This document shows positions 22,241-32,645 of a stretch of DNA of 64,000 bases, one piece after another. Every line of letters starts with the position of its first letter. The first letter of the stretch is position 1. Source of the stretch: Carcharhinus amblyrhynchos (Eukaryota); NCBI GenBank assembly GCA_965287045.1, contig OZ336876.1, positions 51,088,001 to 51,152,000 on the forward strand, given 5' to 3'. The position numbers were made by a program, and so were the translations under genes. The notes under the pieces were generated by a model. The model searched no databases. It had not been told where the DNA came from and worked only from the letters and a program-made list of their open reading frames with translations.

Positions 22241-24802
22241 TTATCGTACCACCAGACAAGAAACACATAATTTAGATGGTCCGATGCAATCATCATGACA
22301 AAATGCCCCGCATCCCTTACACATAATCATGGCTTTAAGCCTGCAATAACATTTAGAAGGTGAATCCTCCACGTTGCCACCTTCAGGAAATGTTTGGGCA
22401 GATTGGCTGCTTGTATTTATTGACTGACCAGCAGGAAGTGTTGTCACAGTAACGGAGAATGACACCATATTTCCAGAGTTGTTTGAGACTTGGCTGTACA
22501 CAGACATTCCTGTGACTGTGGAGCAATGGTTTACAGATGAAACAGAAGGAACATTGATACTGCTACTATGAACAGGTCTAAATGCAAACTGGGAACTTGC
22601 ACGGTTTCCATGAGAAGGAAACTTTTGTTGGTGTTGGGCAGGCTGTTGAAATCCTACAGGCAGGTTGGATATCCTATACGGGTCTTGGTGACTCTGTGTT
22701 AATTTGCCGCCACCAATATGAGCTAAATTTGACTGGATTCCCTGATAGAATTCTTTAGCCACTTGTGTAGGAGACAGTAAAGGAGTGTTCTCCTTTCCAG
22801 TATGTCTATAATCATGTGTGGATGCTTCCACTTTCAAATATCCACTGGATAAATTATCTACTCGAGGGCAGGCAACGGCATCACCCGTTTGGGTGGGATC
22901 CTGTTCTGTTTTAATTAGTACAGATGGAGGATGACAGGGCACTGACCTGTTAATTGATTCTGATGTTACCTGAATGCTACCATCAACTTGTTTTGTTCTG
23001 TCTTCCTTAAGATCCTTCTCAGATGTTTCTATCAGACCATTTATACCAGCAGAAGTCTCAGTGTTCTGAATATGGGCTCTTTTCCAGCTCTCTGAACCTC
23101 TTCCATAGGTAGCTGTATTAAGAAGGTAATGGCCAGATACAGCTGGCTTAAGAGCAGACTTTGTGCCCATCAAACCAAATCGTGATCTTTGACCAACTGA
23201 AATACCTGCAGAGGGAAAAGCTGAACTGTTGACTTCGTGCTGTAAAGACACAGGGACTAAGATTTGACCCTGCACATTGCTCAGTATGGCCTGCTGTATC
23301 CTTTCTTGTGATGTGCTGTTGAGCATTTCTGGTTGACTGCAGTCTTGATCAGTGTCTCTGACTTGCTGCTCTTCATTGGTAGAACTGTGCTGTGTGGCCT
23401 GTTCAAACAACTTCTGTTGTCTGTGTTGATCAATTGATCCAACAACTCGTTCTGCTATTGTTTGAGATTGTCTTCCTTTGATAAGATCAGTAGATACCTC
23501 ATCAGACCCGTGAATCACAGTGGTGGCACTTCCCTCAGTCACAGATATGACTAATGTGCCATCAGGTGATGTCTTCATTTTATCATCAAGTGAAGTTTTA
23601 GGAAACTGAAATACAGGCTTCATCTCAACTTTGGTTAGAGGCTTAGGCAGGAATTGCTCTAGTGGCACTTCTTTCCCTTGCAACAACTGTGTAACCAATG
23701 GGTTATTGGCAGGGATGGAGGAACCAGTTTTTGGCACAGCTCCACAAACAGGTCCTTGTGTTTTAAGGCTAGGTACATTATGTGAAGTGCAAACTGAAGG
23801 TGTAGATGTAGTAGATGCAATGATAGGGCTTTCTACATTTGTAATTGTTTCAGAAACTGGGGAGGCCACTTCCAAAGTTCCAGCTGTGCTTCCAGTTGCC
23901 ACAGAAATAGAACCAGCTGCTGTGACAAACACATTGGCTGAAGTGGAAACCTGATGGCCTCTTTGTGTATCAAAAGAAATGGAGGGCAGCTGAGTATTTG
24001 CAGGCAGTTTTCTGTCCACATTTGATGCTCTAACACGAGAGTCTATCAAAGGCTGGTTATTCATTTCACCTGGTTTATCGTGCACTGCAAAATTTCCTGA
24101 GCTTTGAGTTCCTCCCTTTGTATACTCAGAATTTCTGAAAACAGGTACAGGTTTCAAAACTGCTCTCGAGGTTGGACTGGACATCTGGTTTATAGTTTGT
24201 GTCTGCATTGGTGCAGGAGTGGCTTTTGTTGCAGCATTGCTTGTTGTCACTGAAGTTGTCTGCAAGGATGATAGTGAAGTCACATATGTTGCTGCATGTA
24301 CACTTGATATTGTTAATGCTGGTGTTGTAATTGTGGTTGCGGATTTGCTGGGGTCTGTATTGCTAACTGCAAATACGCACTGCGCCATGGGGGCTTGCTG
24401 TAATTGTGTTCTCGCATCCATACCGGTTGGAGTATTGGCCGTTGCATCTGCACACTTTGTAGGTTGTTGTCCTGGACTATCAAACAAGGGCCCTCCAATA
24501 CCTCGCCTGCCTCCAGTTCTGTCCATGTCCAGTGTGCTCCCCTGTCCTGAGATTCTACTGATCCCAGTCCCAGTCCCTCCTCCCCCTCCACTCCCTCCCC
24601 CCGGACCTGGGCCTGGAACTGCTCCACCTGCAGCTGCGGCTGCTGCTGCACGTTGTGCCTTGGCAAGTTGAGCTTTAGCTTTGATGTCTGCAAGAGTTCT
24701 GGCTCCAGTTCTCCCAGGACTAGGGACGAGCAGTGGGAAAGTGGCCCTTGGAGAGACCTGACCAGTCTGGGTAGGCACAGGTCTAATTCTTGAGACTGGA
24801 AT
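22241..24802 (-). CDS. ASXL2: ASXL2 last coding exon (end of ASXM1, ASXM2, C-terminal PHD finger)
   Basis: Acceptor ccttacag|ATT at 24802. Reads IPVSRI...QVSPRA...[24 protein letters not shown], then [16 protein letters not shown], and ends [44 protein letters not shown] and CYCRLK/CVSCL match ASXL2 rather than ASXL1 or ASXL3. The ORF-track start (24850) is intronic. Confidence 0.97.
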   Translation of the reverse strand: MPVSRIRPVPTQTGQVSPRATFPLLVPSPGRTGARTLADIKAKAQLAKAQRAAAAAAAGGAVPGPGPGGGSGGGGGTGTGISRISGQGSTLDMDRTGGRRGIGGPLFDSPGQQPTKCADATANTPTGMDARTQLQQAPMAQCVFAVSNTDPSKSATTITTPALTISSVHAATYVTSLSSLQTTSVTTSNAATKATPAPMQTQTINQMSSPTSRAVLKPVPVFRNSEYTKGGTQSSGNFAVHDKPGEMNNQPLIDSRVRASNVDRKLPANTQLPSISFDTQRGHQVSTSANVFVTAAGSISVATGSTAGTLEVASPVSETITNVESPIIASTTSTPSVCTSHNVPSLKTQGPVCGAVPKTGSSIPANNPLVTQLLQGKEVPLEQFLPKPLTKVEMKPVFQFPKTSLDDKMKTSPDGTLVISVTEGSATTVIHGSDEVSTDLIKGRQSQTIAERVVGSIDQHRQQKLFEQATQHSSTNEEQQVRDTDQDCSQPEMLNSTSQERIQQAILSNVQGQILVPVSLQHEVNSSAFPSAGISVGQRSRFGLMGTKSALKPAVSGHYLLNTATYGRGSESWKRAHIQNTETSAGINGLIETSEKDLKEDRTKQVDGSIQVTSESINRSVPCHPPSVLIKTEQDPTQTGDAVACPRVDNLSSGYLKVEASTHDYRHTGKENTPLLSPTQVAKEFYQGIQSNLAHIGGGKLTQSHQDPYRISNLPVGFQQPAQHQQKFPSHGNRASSQFAFRPVHSSSINVPSVSSVNHCSTVTGMSVYSQVSNNSGNMVSFSVTVTTLPAGQSINTSSQSAQTFPEGGNVEDSPSKCYCRLKAMIMCKGCGAFCHDDCIGPSKLCVSCLVVR
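24313..24756 (-). CDS. Overlapping +1-frame transframe (TF) ORF of ASXL2, putatively reached by ribosomal frameshifting
   Basis: Stop-free from the AG_GTC_TCT site to the TAA at 24313: [36 protein letters not shown]...[12 protein letters not shown]...QHQH*. The last 126 codons are ORF 24313..24693. Contains EHNY at 24411-24400. Confidence 0.75.
   Translation of the reverse strand, partial: SLQGPLSHCSSLVLGELEPELLQTSKLKLNLPRHNVQQQPQLQVEQFQAQVRGEGVEGEEGLGLGSVESQDRGAHWTWTELEAGEVLEGPCLIVQDNNLQSVQMQRPILQPVWMREHNYSKPPWRSAYLQLAIQTPANPQPQLQHQH
24752..24759 (-). promoter_or_regulatory. Putative -2 programmed ribosomal frameshift site AG_GUC_UCU
   Basis: Zero-frame codons CAG GTC TCT (Q-V-S). A -2 slip re-pairs the A-site tRNA perfectly on UCU. 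Matches the RG_GUC_UCU motif described for vertebrate ASXL2 and arterivirus nsp2TF. Confidence 0.7.
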
Positions 24803-24909
24803 CTGTAAGGGATTTAAAAAGAAGAAAATTAAAAGAGTAATTACATGCATATTGAACTTTATATCTAGTTATAGATAGGAACAATGAGCAAACTTTTACA
24901 GTCCCCTGT

Positions 24910-25558
24910 GGGTGAATTTGTAGGTAAAAGTCTTATAAAACTCTATGGATGCCAATTCTGCCACCTACTACTGCTAATCTGGCAGCGATTTAACAGGTGG
25001 CAGGGAAGTCTCAGGCACGCCACCTGCACTCGTGCCAAATAAGGCCCTTGAGTAGCCAATTAATGGCTATGTCCCACCCAGCTGCCATTTTTCAAGGTTG
25101 GTGATGGACAGTAAACCAGCAGGTAAATCTGCATGGTCTTTTGGCAGGAAAGTGAGTTCAGGGTGCCTCCTTCATGGACCCCTTGTCTGATCAAAAGATC
25201 TCCGCCCAGAGTGTTCCTCCTTATCTCCTCCCCCTCCTGCCTGTACAACCACTGCCCCGGGGTCTCCTATCCTGGCTCTACTGAAAAGTTCTTGCCACCA
25301 CCACTCCACCTGGTTTACATGTCAGCTAGCTCCTGGTTCTTGGTGACTGCGTGCCACTCCCAGTCAGGCTATAGGGACCAGAGAACTACTGGCCAATCTA
25401 ATATGCTGGCAGCTCTTGGATGTGGGGCTTCCTCCACAGATGGGAGTGGAAGGCCTATCTTAAGCCCTTTAATGTCCCTCAGAGCATTAAATGACTGCAG
25501 GGCTTGCAGAGCAAGTCTTATGTCTACTTTTTTGGTGGCCACCCATAAAATCTTGCCC
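24910..25558. mobile_element. Harbinger-type MITE in the last intron of ASXL2
   Basis: Imperfect termini gggtgaatttgtagg / cataaaatcttgccc and a GC-rich body shared with other copies. The 171 aa ORF resembles no protein I recognise. Confidence 0.5.
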
Positions 25559-25739
25559 AACGTTTTGCGGATTTTTGTCTTTAAAGTTGCATATGGTTTT
25601 TTAAACATAAGGCTTTCTAGTCCTTTAATGAAATTTAAAACAAAGTGAAAATATATTGTTCCTGACTGATTTTTTTTTTATAGAATGCAAGATAGAAACT
25701 TAAGGTGCTTGCAGTAAGTGTCTAAAGAGATTCAGAGCC

Positions 25740-26330
25740 CGCTTGTATCATGATGCATTTTCATTCCTAGCTTTATAATTAGAGGCACGGAGTACAAAAG
25801 CAAGGATGTCATGCTGAATCTTCATAAAACACTGATTAGACCCCCAAATGTAGTACTGTGGAAAGTCTGAGTATCACACTTTAGGAATGATATCCAGGCT
25901 ATCAGAGTGGGTGGTGGGGAGATGATACCAGAGAGGAAAGACTTCATTTACATTGGGACACAACATAATTGGGATTGTTCTCCTCAGGGCAGAGTAGTTT
26001 AAGGGGAGGCTTTATAGTAAAATGGCTCATAATTTTGAATACAAATTTCAAGAAATTATTTCCAGTGGCAGAGGGATCAGTAATCAGAGGACACAGATTT
26101 AAGATGATTGGCAAAAAGGACCAGAAGCAACATGAAGGAACAATTTGTATGCAACGAGTTTTTAAGATCTAGAATGCATTCCTAAAAGGAATATGGCCAC
26201 CAGTTACAAAAGGAACCAGATTAGTACTTAGAAAGGAAAAATTTGCTGTGCTATAGTGTAAAGTAGGTAGGTTGGCTAATTGCATAATACAGATGGACTG
26301 AATGATCTCCATTTATCATTCTATGATTCT
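25740..26330 (+). mobile_element. CR1 LINE 3' fragment, old
   Basis: Remnants RGTEYKSKDVMLNLHKTLIRP and LFPVAEGSVIRGHRFK; tail ttctatgattctat. Confidence 0.75.
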
Positions 26331-26439
26331 ATACAAGTAAACATTTCCATTTATTACTGTTTCACCACCTTCTTTTATCCACTATGTCCTCAGATCAATG
26401 TCAGACTCATCAGCTGGAATTTTCCAACTGTGTCCACTG

Positions 26440-27268
26440 GCAGGATCTTAGGTCCCGCCAAAGGCAATGGCTTTGGGCTGGCTTGTTACATCTGCTGTGG
26501 CCAGAAAATCCAGTCGATCTCCAAATACATCCTTTTTTCCAAGTGATGTTTGGTTTAAGCTACATTATGAAGACTAAGGGATCCTCTGGGACATTGGGCT
26601 AGACTCTTGTGGCAGGAGACATGGCAGCCAAGCTCATTTATTGTGCACAGGGTCTGTGTCAGTCTCCTGGCAATGGCAAAAGCCTCCCCAAATTTGGTGG
26701 GTGGAAGGTGCTGACCTCGGATTCTGGCTGCCGGTGAATGTCAGTTGGGTTCATTTATAAACCAACTGACAGCCATTATCAAAGCTCACTACAATCAAAC
26801 ATATTTTCCCATGTCATCAGAAGGTCGCCCAGCAAACCCTATCAGGGCAAGGTCATGGCGGAAATGGTTCCTTGCTAATCGGCACTCTCTATCCGCTTAA
26901 GATTCATGAGATTGGCCTCTCACTGCATTCCCCGCTCCATTTCCCCCCCACCTCCATATGATCCTAACCCCACAATTCCCATCCTGCCATCACTCTTGGG
27001 ACCCATGATGATACTCGGCTTTTGGTGAGTGCATTGCTGCCAGAAGCCACTGCTCCCATTGGTAGCTACGAGTTTCTGATTGGCCAGCGGCCCTGGCAGG
27101 CAGGATTTCCATCGCCGGGGACCCTCATTGCAGGAAAGGTCCAATTGTGGCCACTTAAATGCCTTAAAGGCACTTGATTCTGTCAGGCCACCCTCACGGA
27201 ACTGATGGGGTCCCCTGCTAGTTCTCCGACCAGTGGGAGAGATTCCATTAGACCACAGAATTCTGGCT
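26440..27268. repeat. GC-rich MITE-like DNA transposon remnant
   Basis: Begins ggcaggatctt and ends agaattctggc; GC-rich body with the gattggccagc motif shared with other MITE-like copies. Confidence 0.4.
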
Positions 27269-27314
27269 ATTGCATCTTGCACCTGGAATATATAAAGAAC
27301 AAGACTTGAAGTAC

Positions 27315-28062
27315 CTTAAGAGGTGGGACTTTGAGTTCATGTGGCTCATCTTTGTTTCTGGGAAAGTCCTTTGGTGGGGTCCGAAATAACTGGTGGTCCA
27401 CAATGCGGGGTCTTTTCTCAGGACTGAGCAGAGACTCTCCTTCATTGGTAGATTTCCTCTTCAGACCCTCTGCAGTAACTTCCATTTGTTCAGTGGAATC
27501 TGGGACTTGGTCTTGCTTGGAAGACTCTTTGGTCTTGCTTTCCACTGATTCAGAAAGCTCAGGCTTTTTACATTTAGATGTTTCTGAACTCTCCGACTTC
27601 AGCTGCAGTTTGGGCTCATTTTGGTTTAATTTTGGCTTAGGTACCAAGGCTTTAGCCTCTGGTGAGATGACAGAGCCTATTTTTAAAGTTTGATTATCTT
27701 GTTGCAGCACTGAAGTTACACGGTCTACAGCCACCTTCTTCTTAGACAGGTTACTAATCTCTGAGGATTGATTGTCTTCATGGTTTTTAATAACTGGAGC
27801 TGATTTAGTGACAGATTGTTTTGAAGAGGCTGCAGATTTTGCTGTTTCTTCAACCTTTTCTTCTACTTTCAGCATCACTACTTCTTTGGTCATTGCTTTG
27901 TTGTTGGTTACTCCTTTTGGCTCAACTGGTGTTTCTGCCTTGATGGAAGTGTCTTTTTTGACTGATTGTAGAGGGGCTTGTTTGGATGGAGGGCGTTGAC
28001 GTTCCTCAACAATATTCGATAATGCAGTCAGCTTTTCTGAGTCTTCCAGACTTATACCAGAA
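27315..28062 (-). CDS. ASXL2: ASXL2 penultimate coding exon (748 nt; SGISLEDSEKLTA...SPEKRPRIVDHQLFR...KVPPLK)
   Basis: Acceptor ttttacag|T at 28062 and donor AAG|gtac at 27315. Phase 2 in and phase 0 out, matching both neighbours. KVPPLK joins IPVSRI to form the ASXM1 start. Confidence 0.95.
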
Positions 28063-28819
28063 CTGTAAAATGTTGAAGTTATTTACAAAAAGTGTCAAAA
28101 AACATGCAAAATCTAAAAAAAATTAAACAAGTGTTCAAAAGCATTTACCCTCAAGCTTGTACAGATATGAAATAACTTTATTGCACCTCAATTATTTAAA
28201 AAATAAAAATGATTAACGTTCACAGATTACTTAGGCTTGTCTTAATTTAAAGCTAGTGCCTTAGTCAGTCAAGTGGGTAATTGTACAGCATAAATGGTGA
28301 TTAATTTGATATTCTGATAAATATTATGAGCTACAGCCAATCAATGTGCTTTTTAAACATTACGTTTATTACATGTCCACAACTGAAGGAGTGTTAACAT
28401 TCTGATCGAGTGCCTTTCCTTGTTTATCTGAAAAATCTATTTCTGCTTTCTGCCCTCCATAGAGAGTAAGCCTATGAATTTTGAGGGTATATTTATAGCC
28501 TGCAGATGTGAAACTGGCAGCTGTAACTGTCCTATATCATGTAACAGAAAATATTATAATTAATTATTAGTGACTACATTAAATAGAGGCTTCCTTTTGC
28601 CTTACCACTCAAAAGATGTTTCATTTACACTTGTTAAAAAAAAACACTCTTTAATTAGAACTGCTGGCTCATACCGCAGGTCTGAAACCAGCACCTGCAG
28701 TAGAACAGTGCCATGAATGACTGAATAGGAATTCCTTTGCTAAAAATTGAACACAATATTACCCTCATTGACGGTATACCTCAATAAAACAGAAATCAAC
28801 ATTGAATTAAATTGCTTAC

Positions 28820-28925
28820 TTTTGACCGTAGTAATTCTCAAAAAAGCTTTCCTTCCATTGTTCCACCTTCTTTTCTTTTTCTATCTCTTGTCGTATTCTC
28901 AGCTGCATCTCTGGAGTGAACTCTC
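28820..28925 (-). CDS. ASXL2: ASXL2 coding exon (106 nt; [35 protein letters not shown]), end of the DEUBAD domain
   Basis: Acceptor tctgcag|GA, donor AA|gtaagc; highly conserved ASXH peptide. Not present in the ORF track. Confidence 0.96.
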
Positions 28926-29646
28926 CTGCAGATAGATATGCAGAAAGTTTATGAATATGCTTTACAGTACGCATCGTAGTAGTATGAATGTTCTCATCTC
29001 AGCCATTTTTACAAAAGGATAATAAGAAAACAAATATTCTGATTTGCCAGATTTACCTGACTTAAGTATTCAAATCCATTCTATCACCATTAACTTGAAA
29101 ATAGATACCTATTTTAAGAGCGTTTTTTCTTGAAAAACAGGCTCCAATCTTTTGACACCCGAAACAGATTCGATTGAACATAATGACTGCTGCTTGGCTA
29201 GAATCTGTTAGGTTTGCAAAGAATATTGATGTTCATATTGCCATTTGGAAATTCAAATGTGCTAAAAATAGGGAGGAACTATTTAGTACCAGAGAAATGA
29301 ATATAGTTCTTGCCTCAGGAGGAACTGAGTCAAGTAGAGCTAAACAATCTGTCTATATGTGTGTCATTGAAGAAAGATTTTAAACTAAAGTTTGGATGCT
29401 GTTTCCACGACTACGATCTGCAGTTTGAAAAATTTCGTCTCAAATTATGACGTTTCTTTTTCAGCCCAAATATAAAAACTGGAACCATTTCGCTCTTAGC
29501 AATTCCCTCTACATAAATTGATGTTAAGAATGGAAATGAATAATTCCCCATTCAAACAATTTTGCTGAATTGTTTTATTCTTAACATTGAATGCAGCATA
29601 AACTGACCCACTGAAAGCAAAAAACTTCAGCCATCAATTTAACTTA

Positions 29647-29962
29647 GGGTGGCACAGTAGTTAGCACTGCTGTCTCACAGCACCAAGGACCCGGGTTCGA
29701 TTCTAGCTTTGAGTAACTGTCTGTGTGGAGTTTGCATGCTCTCTCCGTGTCTGTGTAGGTTTCCTCTAGATGCCCCAGTTTCCTCCCACAGTCCAAAGAT
29801 GCAGGTTAGATGGATTGGCCACGCTAAATTGTCCCTTAGTGCCAGGGGGACTAGTAGGGTAAATACGAAGAGTTACAGGATAGGGCCTGGGTAGGATTGT
29901 TGTCAGTGCAGGCTCAATGGGCCAAATGGCCTTCTTATGTACTGTAGGGATTTTATGATTCT
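29647..29962 (+). mobile_element. HE1-like V-SINE
   Basis: tRNA-like head (gttagcactgctgtctcacagcaccaaggacccgggttcgattc), V-domain (tgtgtggagtttgcatgctctctccgtgtctg...tcctcccacagtccaaagatg) and CR1-type tail. Confidence 0.85.
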
Positions 29963-30449
29963 AAATTCAAATTAGCACAGAATATAAATATTTAGGCCTG
30001 AAAAGTCAGGTTTGATGTTTAGCAGACAATGGCTTAACTCATTTGAATGAAATTCATCTCCATACATGCGTTGAGTATCAACCCATTGACTTTGTATGAA
30101 CTCAGAGTTCCTAAAATTGCTGAGGTTGGAATTTCAGAACAGCATATCAAATGTTGGAATGCTGATATTTCATATTGTAATTTCAGGGTGAGATTCTGCT
30201 GAGATTTTGACCAATGTGCATCACTGAGATAACAAAAGACAACTTAGCAAAGGTATTATTTTCTAACTATTTACTGATATCACAAAATGTAAGAAAGAAA
30301 TCTATTCCAATTCTCTACCACAATACTTCCTCATCCTAATTATGAGGGCTGGCTATATAAACTTGTCTTACATTGTCTTGAATTCCAACGGTTAGAGCTG
30401 CTTTGATAAGCAAAATGATTACTGGATTCAACAGGACATATACATAGAT

Positions 30450-30730
30450 AGAGGTGAAGAGAATGGGTAATTTTAACATGAGAGCTAAATTACTTAGGAG
30501 TGAAATAAGAATGCACTCTCTCACATGGAGGCTACTAGAAATCTTACACTCACTCCCTAAAAAGTTTGTAGCTGCTAGGTCAGCTGCAATTTCCAAGACA
30601 GAAATCAATAGATTTTTCTTCTATAAGGGTGTCAGTGTTTTTTGGGCAAGGCAGATAAATAGAGTTGAGGGAGAGATCAGCTATGATGGAACAGTCTGAG
30701 AAACTGAATGGTCAATCCCTGTTCCTGTAA
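30450..30730 (+). mobile_element. CR1 LINE 3' fragment, old
   Basis: Degenerate SLPKKFVAARSAAISKTEINRF and tail cctgttcctgt. Confidence 0.55.
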
Positions 30731-30957
30731 TGAACATAAGTTCATAGGCATACATCGTGGATCATTGATCATTGTTGCGTACATGGGGTGGAACAATAAC
30801 TCTTTTATGGGGCAAACTGGTTTGTAAAGAATGCAAAACTAATTAACTTCAAAATAAATACTGGGATACCTCAATTTTAATAGCACATGATTTCATCTGC
30901 CGAGACGGGGACAATTACTTTGGCCATTTATCAAAAGTTAATGCAACACACATCTGA

Positions 30958-31407
30958 ATATGAGGAGAGGTTGATTAGGTTAGATTGTTTTCACTGGAGT
31001 TCAGATGAACGAGGGGTGGGGATTTCATCGAGACTTATTAAATTCTAACAGGACTAGACAGGGTAGATGCAGGGAGGATGTTCTCAATTGTGGGTGTGTC
31101 CAAAACCAGGGGTCATAGTCTGAGGATTCCGGGTAGACCATTTAGGATGGAGATGAGGAGACATTTCTTCACTCAAAGAGTAGTGAGCCTGTGGAATTCA
31201 TTACCACAGGAAGTAGTTGACGCCAAAACATTGAAGGTATTCAAGAGGCGGCTGGATATAGCACTTGGGGCGAATGGGATCAAAGGTTATGGGGAGAAAG
31301 CAGGACTAGGCTATTGAGTTGGACAATCATCCATGATTGTGATGAATGGTGGAGCAGGCTCAAAGGGTCAAGTGGCCTCCTCCTGCTCCTATCTTCTATG
31401 TTTCTAT
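30958..31407 (+). mobile_element. CR1 LINE 3' fragment
   Basis: ORF 31078..31317 reads SKTRGHSLRI...RRHFFTQRVVSLWNSLPQEVV; tail cctgctcctatcttctatgtttctat. Confidence 0.88.
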
Positions 31408-31590
31408 ATAGCTAAATGTTCTCTATATGAAATAGTATTCTGGCAACATTTTGGTGGAAGCATTACACCAATTGTTTGTATGACCATCCTTGGGATTTGG
31501 GGAAACCTGTCATATTGTATCCCTTTATTTCCAGGTGAAAGTGAGGACTCTTCCGAAAAGGGTGTAATTGGATGGCACGGTGATGTAATA

Positions 31591-31925
31591 GGCAGCACAG
31601 TGGTTAGCACTGCTACCTCACAGTGCTAGGAACCCAGGTTCAATTCCAGCCTCAGGTGACTGTCTGTAGAGCTTGCACATTCTCCCTGTGTCAGAGTGGG
31701 TTTCCTCCAGGTGTTCTGGTTTCCTCCCACAATCCAAAGATGTGTAGGTTAGGTGGATTGGCCATGCTAAATTGTTCCTTAGTGTACCAAGATGAGTAGG
31801 TTAGGGGGATTGGTGAGGTAAATACATGGGGTTGTGGTATAAGGACTGGTTAAGATGCTCTGTCAGAGATTTGGTGCAGACTCGATGGGCCAAATGGCTT
31901 CCTTCTGCACTGTAGGGATTCTATA
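31591..31925 (+). mobile_element. HE1-like V-SINE
   Basis: Same head, V-domain and tail as the copy at 29647. Confidence 0.85.
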
Positions 31926-31985
31926 ACTTCCAAGCAAACACTCCTGAGAAATATCCATGCTACCTGAGGTTGACATAGGGACAAA

Positions 31986-32645
31986 TGTTATAAAGCAAAG
32001 GGTAAATCGACAGTTAATCGGAAGATCAATGAATAGATTGTCTCTGAGCCTGCAGTTCAGAAGAGATCCTACTGAAAAAGCAGGGAGCGAACTCCAAGAA
32101 TAAAGTGGGGGTTGGGCTATTGTGTGTTATACAATTGGATAGGACAGAGATCTGAGAGAGAAGGAATTGATGACTGTGGATGACCACTGCTGTTTAGGTT
32201 TTTCCAGAGCCAACCAGACTATAAAAAGTGATCTGAGAAGGAGTCTCTGGGGATTCCGTGCCATCAAGACTGTTGTGAGTTTAGCTGGAGGAGTTCTGCA
32301 GGGGAATGCCATTTAGGTATCGCCTGAATCTGGGAACTTTGGATGGAATATAGCTGCTGGTGAAAGCGACTCAAGACCAAATCCATTTTGTGTGAAGTGA
32401 GAGATCTTATGTACCAGAAGCTGTTTTGGAAAGACTGAGTTGCACGTGGTGCCATATTTGTGCCAGAAGTGTTGTGCATCTTGGCTGTACTGTCTATTTA
32501 AAGTGAAATTGACCTTCTGAAATATGTTGATTTTTGTTGTTACGATAAAGTTATTGAAAAGTGAAATTTTGCCCATCTGTTTTCTTTCCACTGTCATTCT
32601 GGGGATTTCTTTAAGAAGTTATCAGCCTCTATGGGGATCGTACTG
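31986..32645 (+). mobile_element. Possible solo LTR
   Basis: Begins tgttat, has a TATA-like ctataaaaag (~32219) and ends ggggatcgtac. The terminal CA and a target duplication are not clearly preserved. Confidence 0.3.

Noticed and set aside
23833-24036. Further same-strand alternative-frame ORF (67 aa) in the last exon
   Set aside because: Short enough to be expected by chance, separated from the TF ORF by stops, with no shift site or motif.
24219-24671. 150 aa plus-strand ORF (also 23631..23954 and 27331..27693)
   Set aside because: Antisense shadows of ASXL2 coding exons with biased codons; no independent gene signals.
24722-24745. C-rich stretch (UUCCCACUGCUCGUCCC) downstream of the GUC_UCU site as an arterivirus-type CCCANCUCC stimulator
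   Set aside because: It does not match the motif exactly and the spacing differs, so it cannot be claimed as a PCBP-binding stimulator from sequence alone.
24803-24850. ATG start of the 869 aa ORF ([16 protein letters not shown])
   Set aside because: It is the translated polypyrimidine tract of the intron; the exon starts at the acceptor at 24802.
29647-29705. tRNA-like A/B-box sequence (also at 31591)
   Set aside because: It is the tRNA-derived head of a SINE, not a complete tRNA gene.
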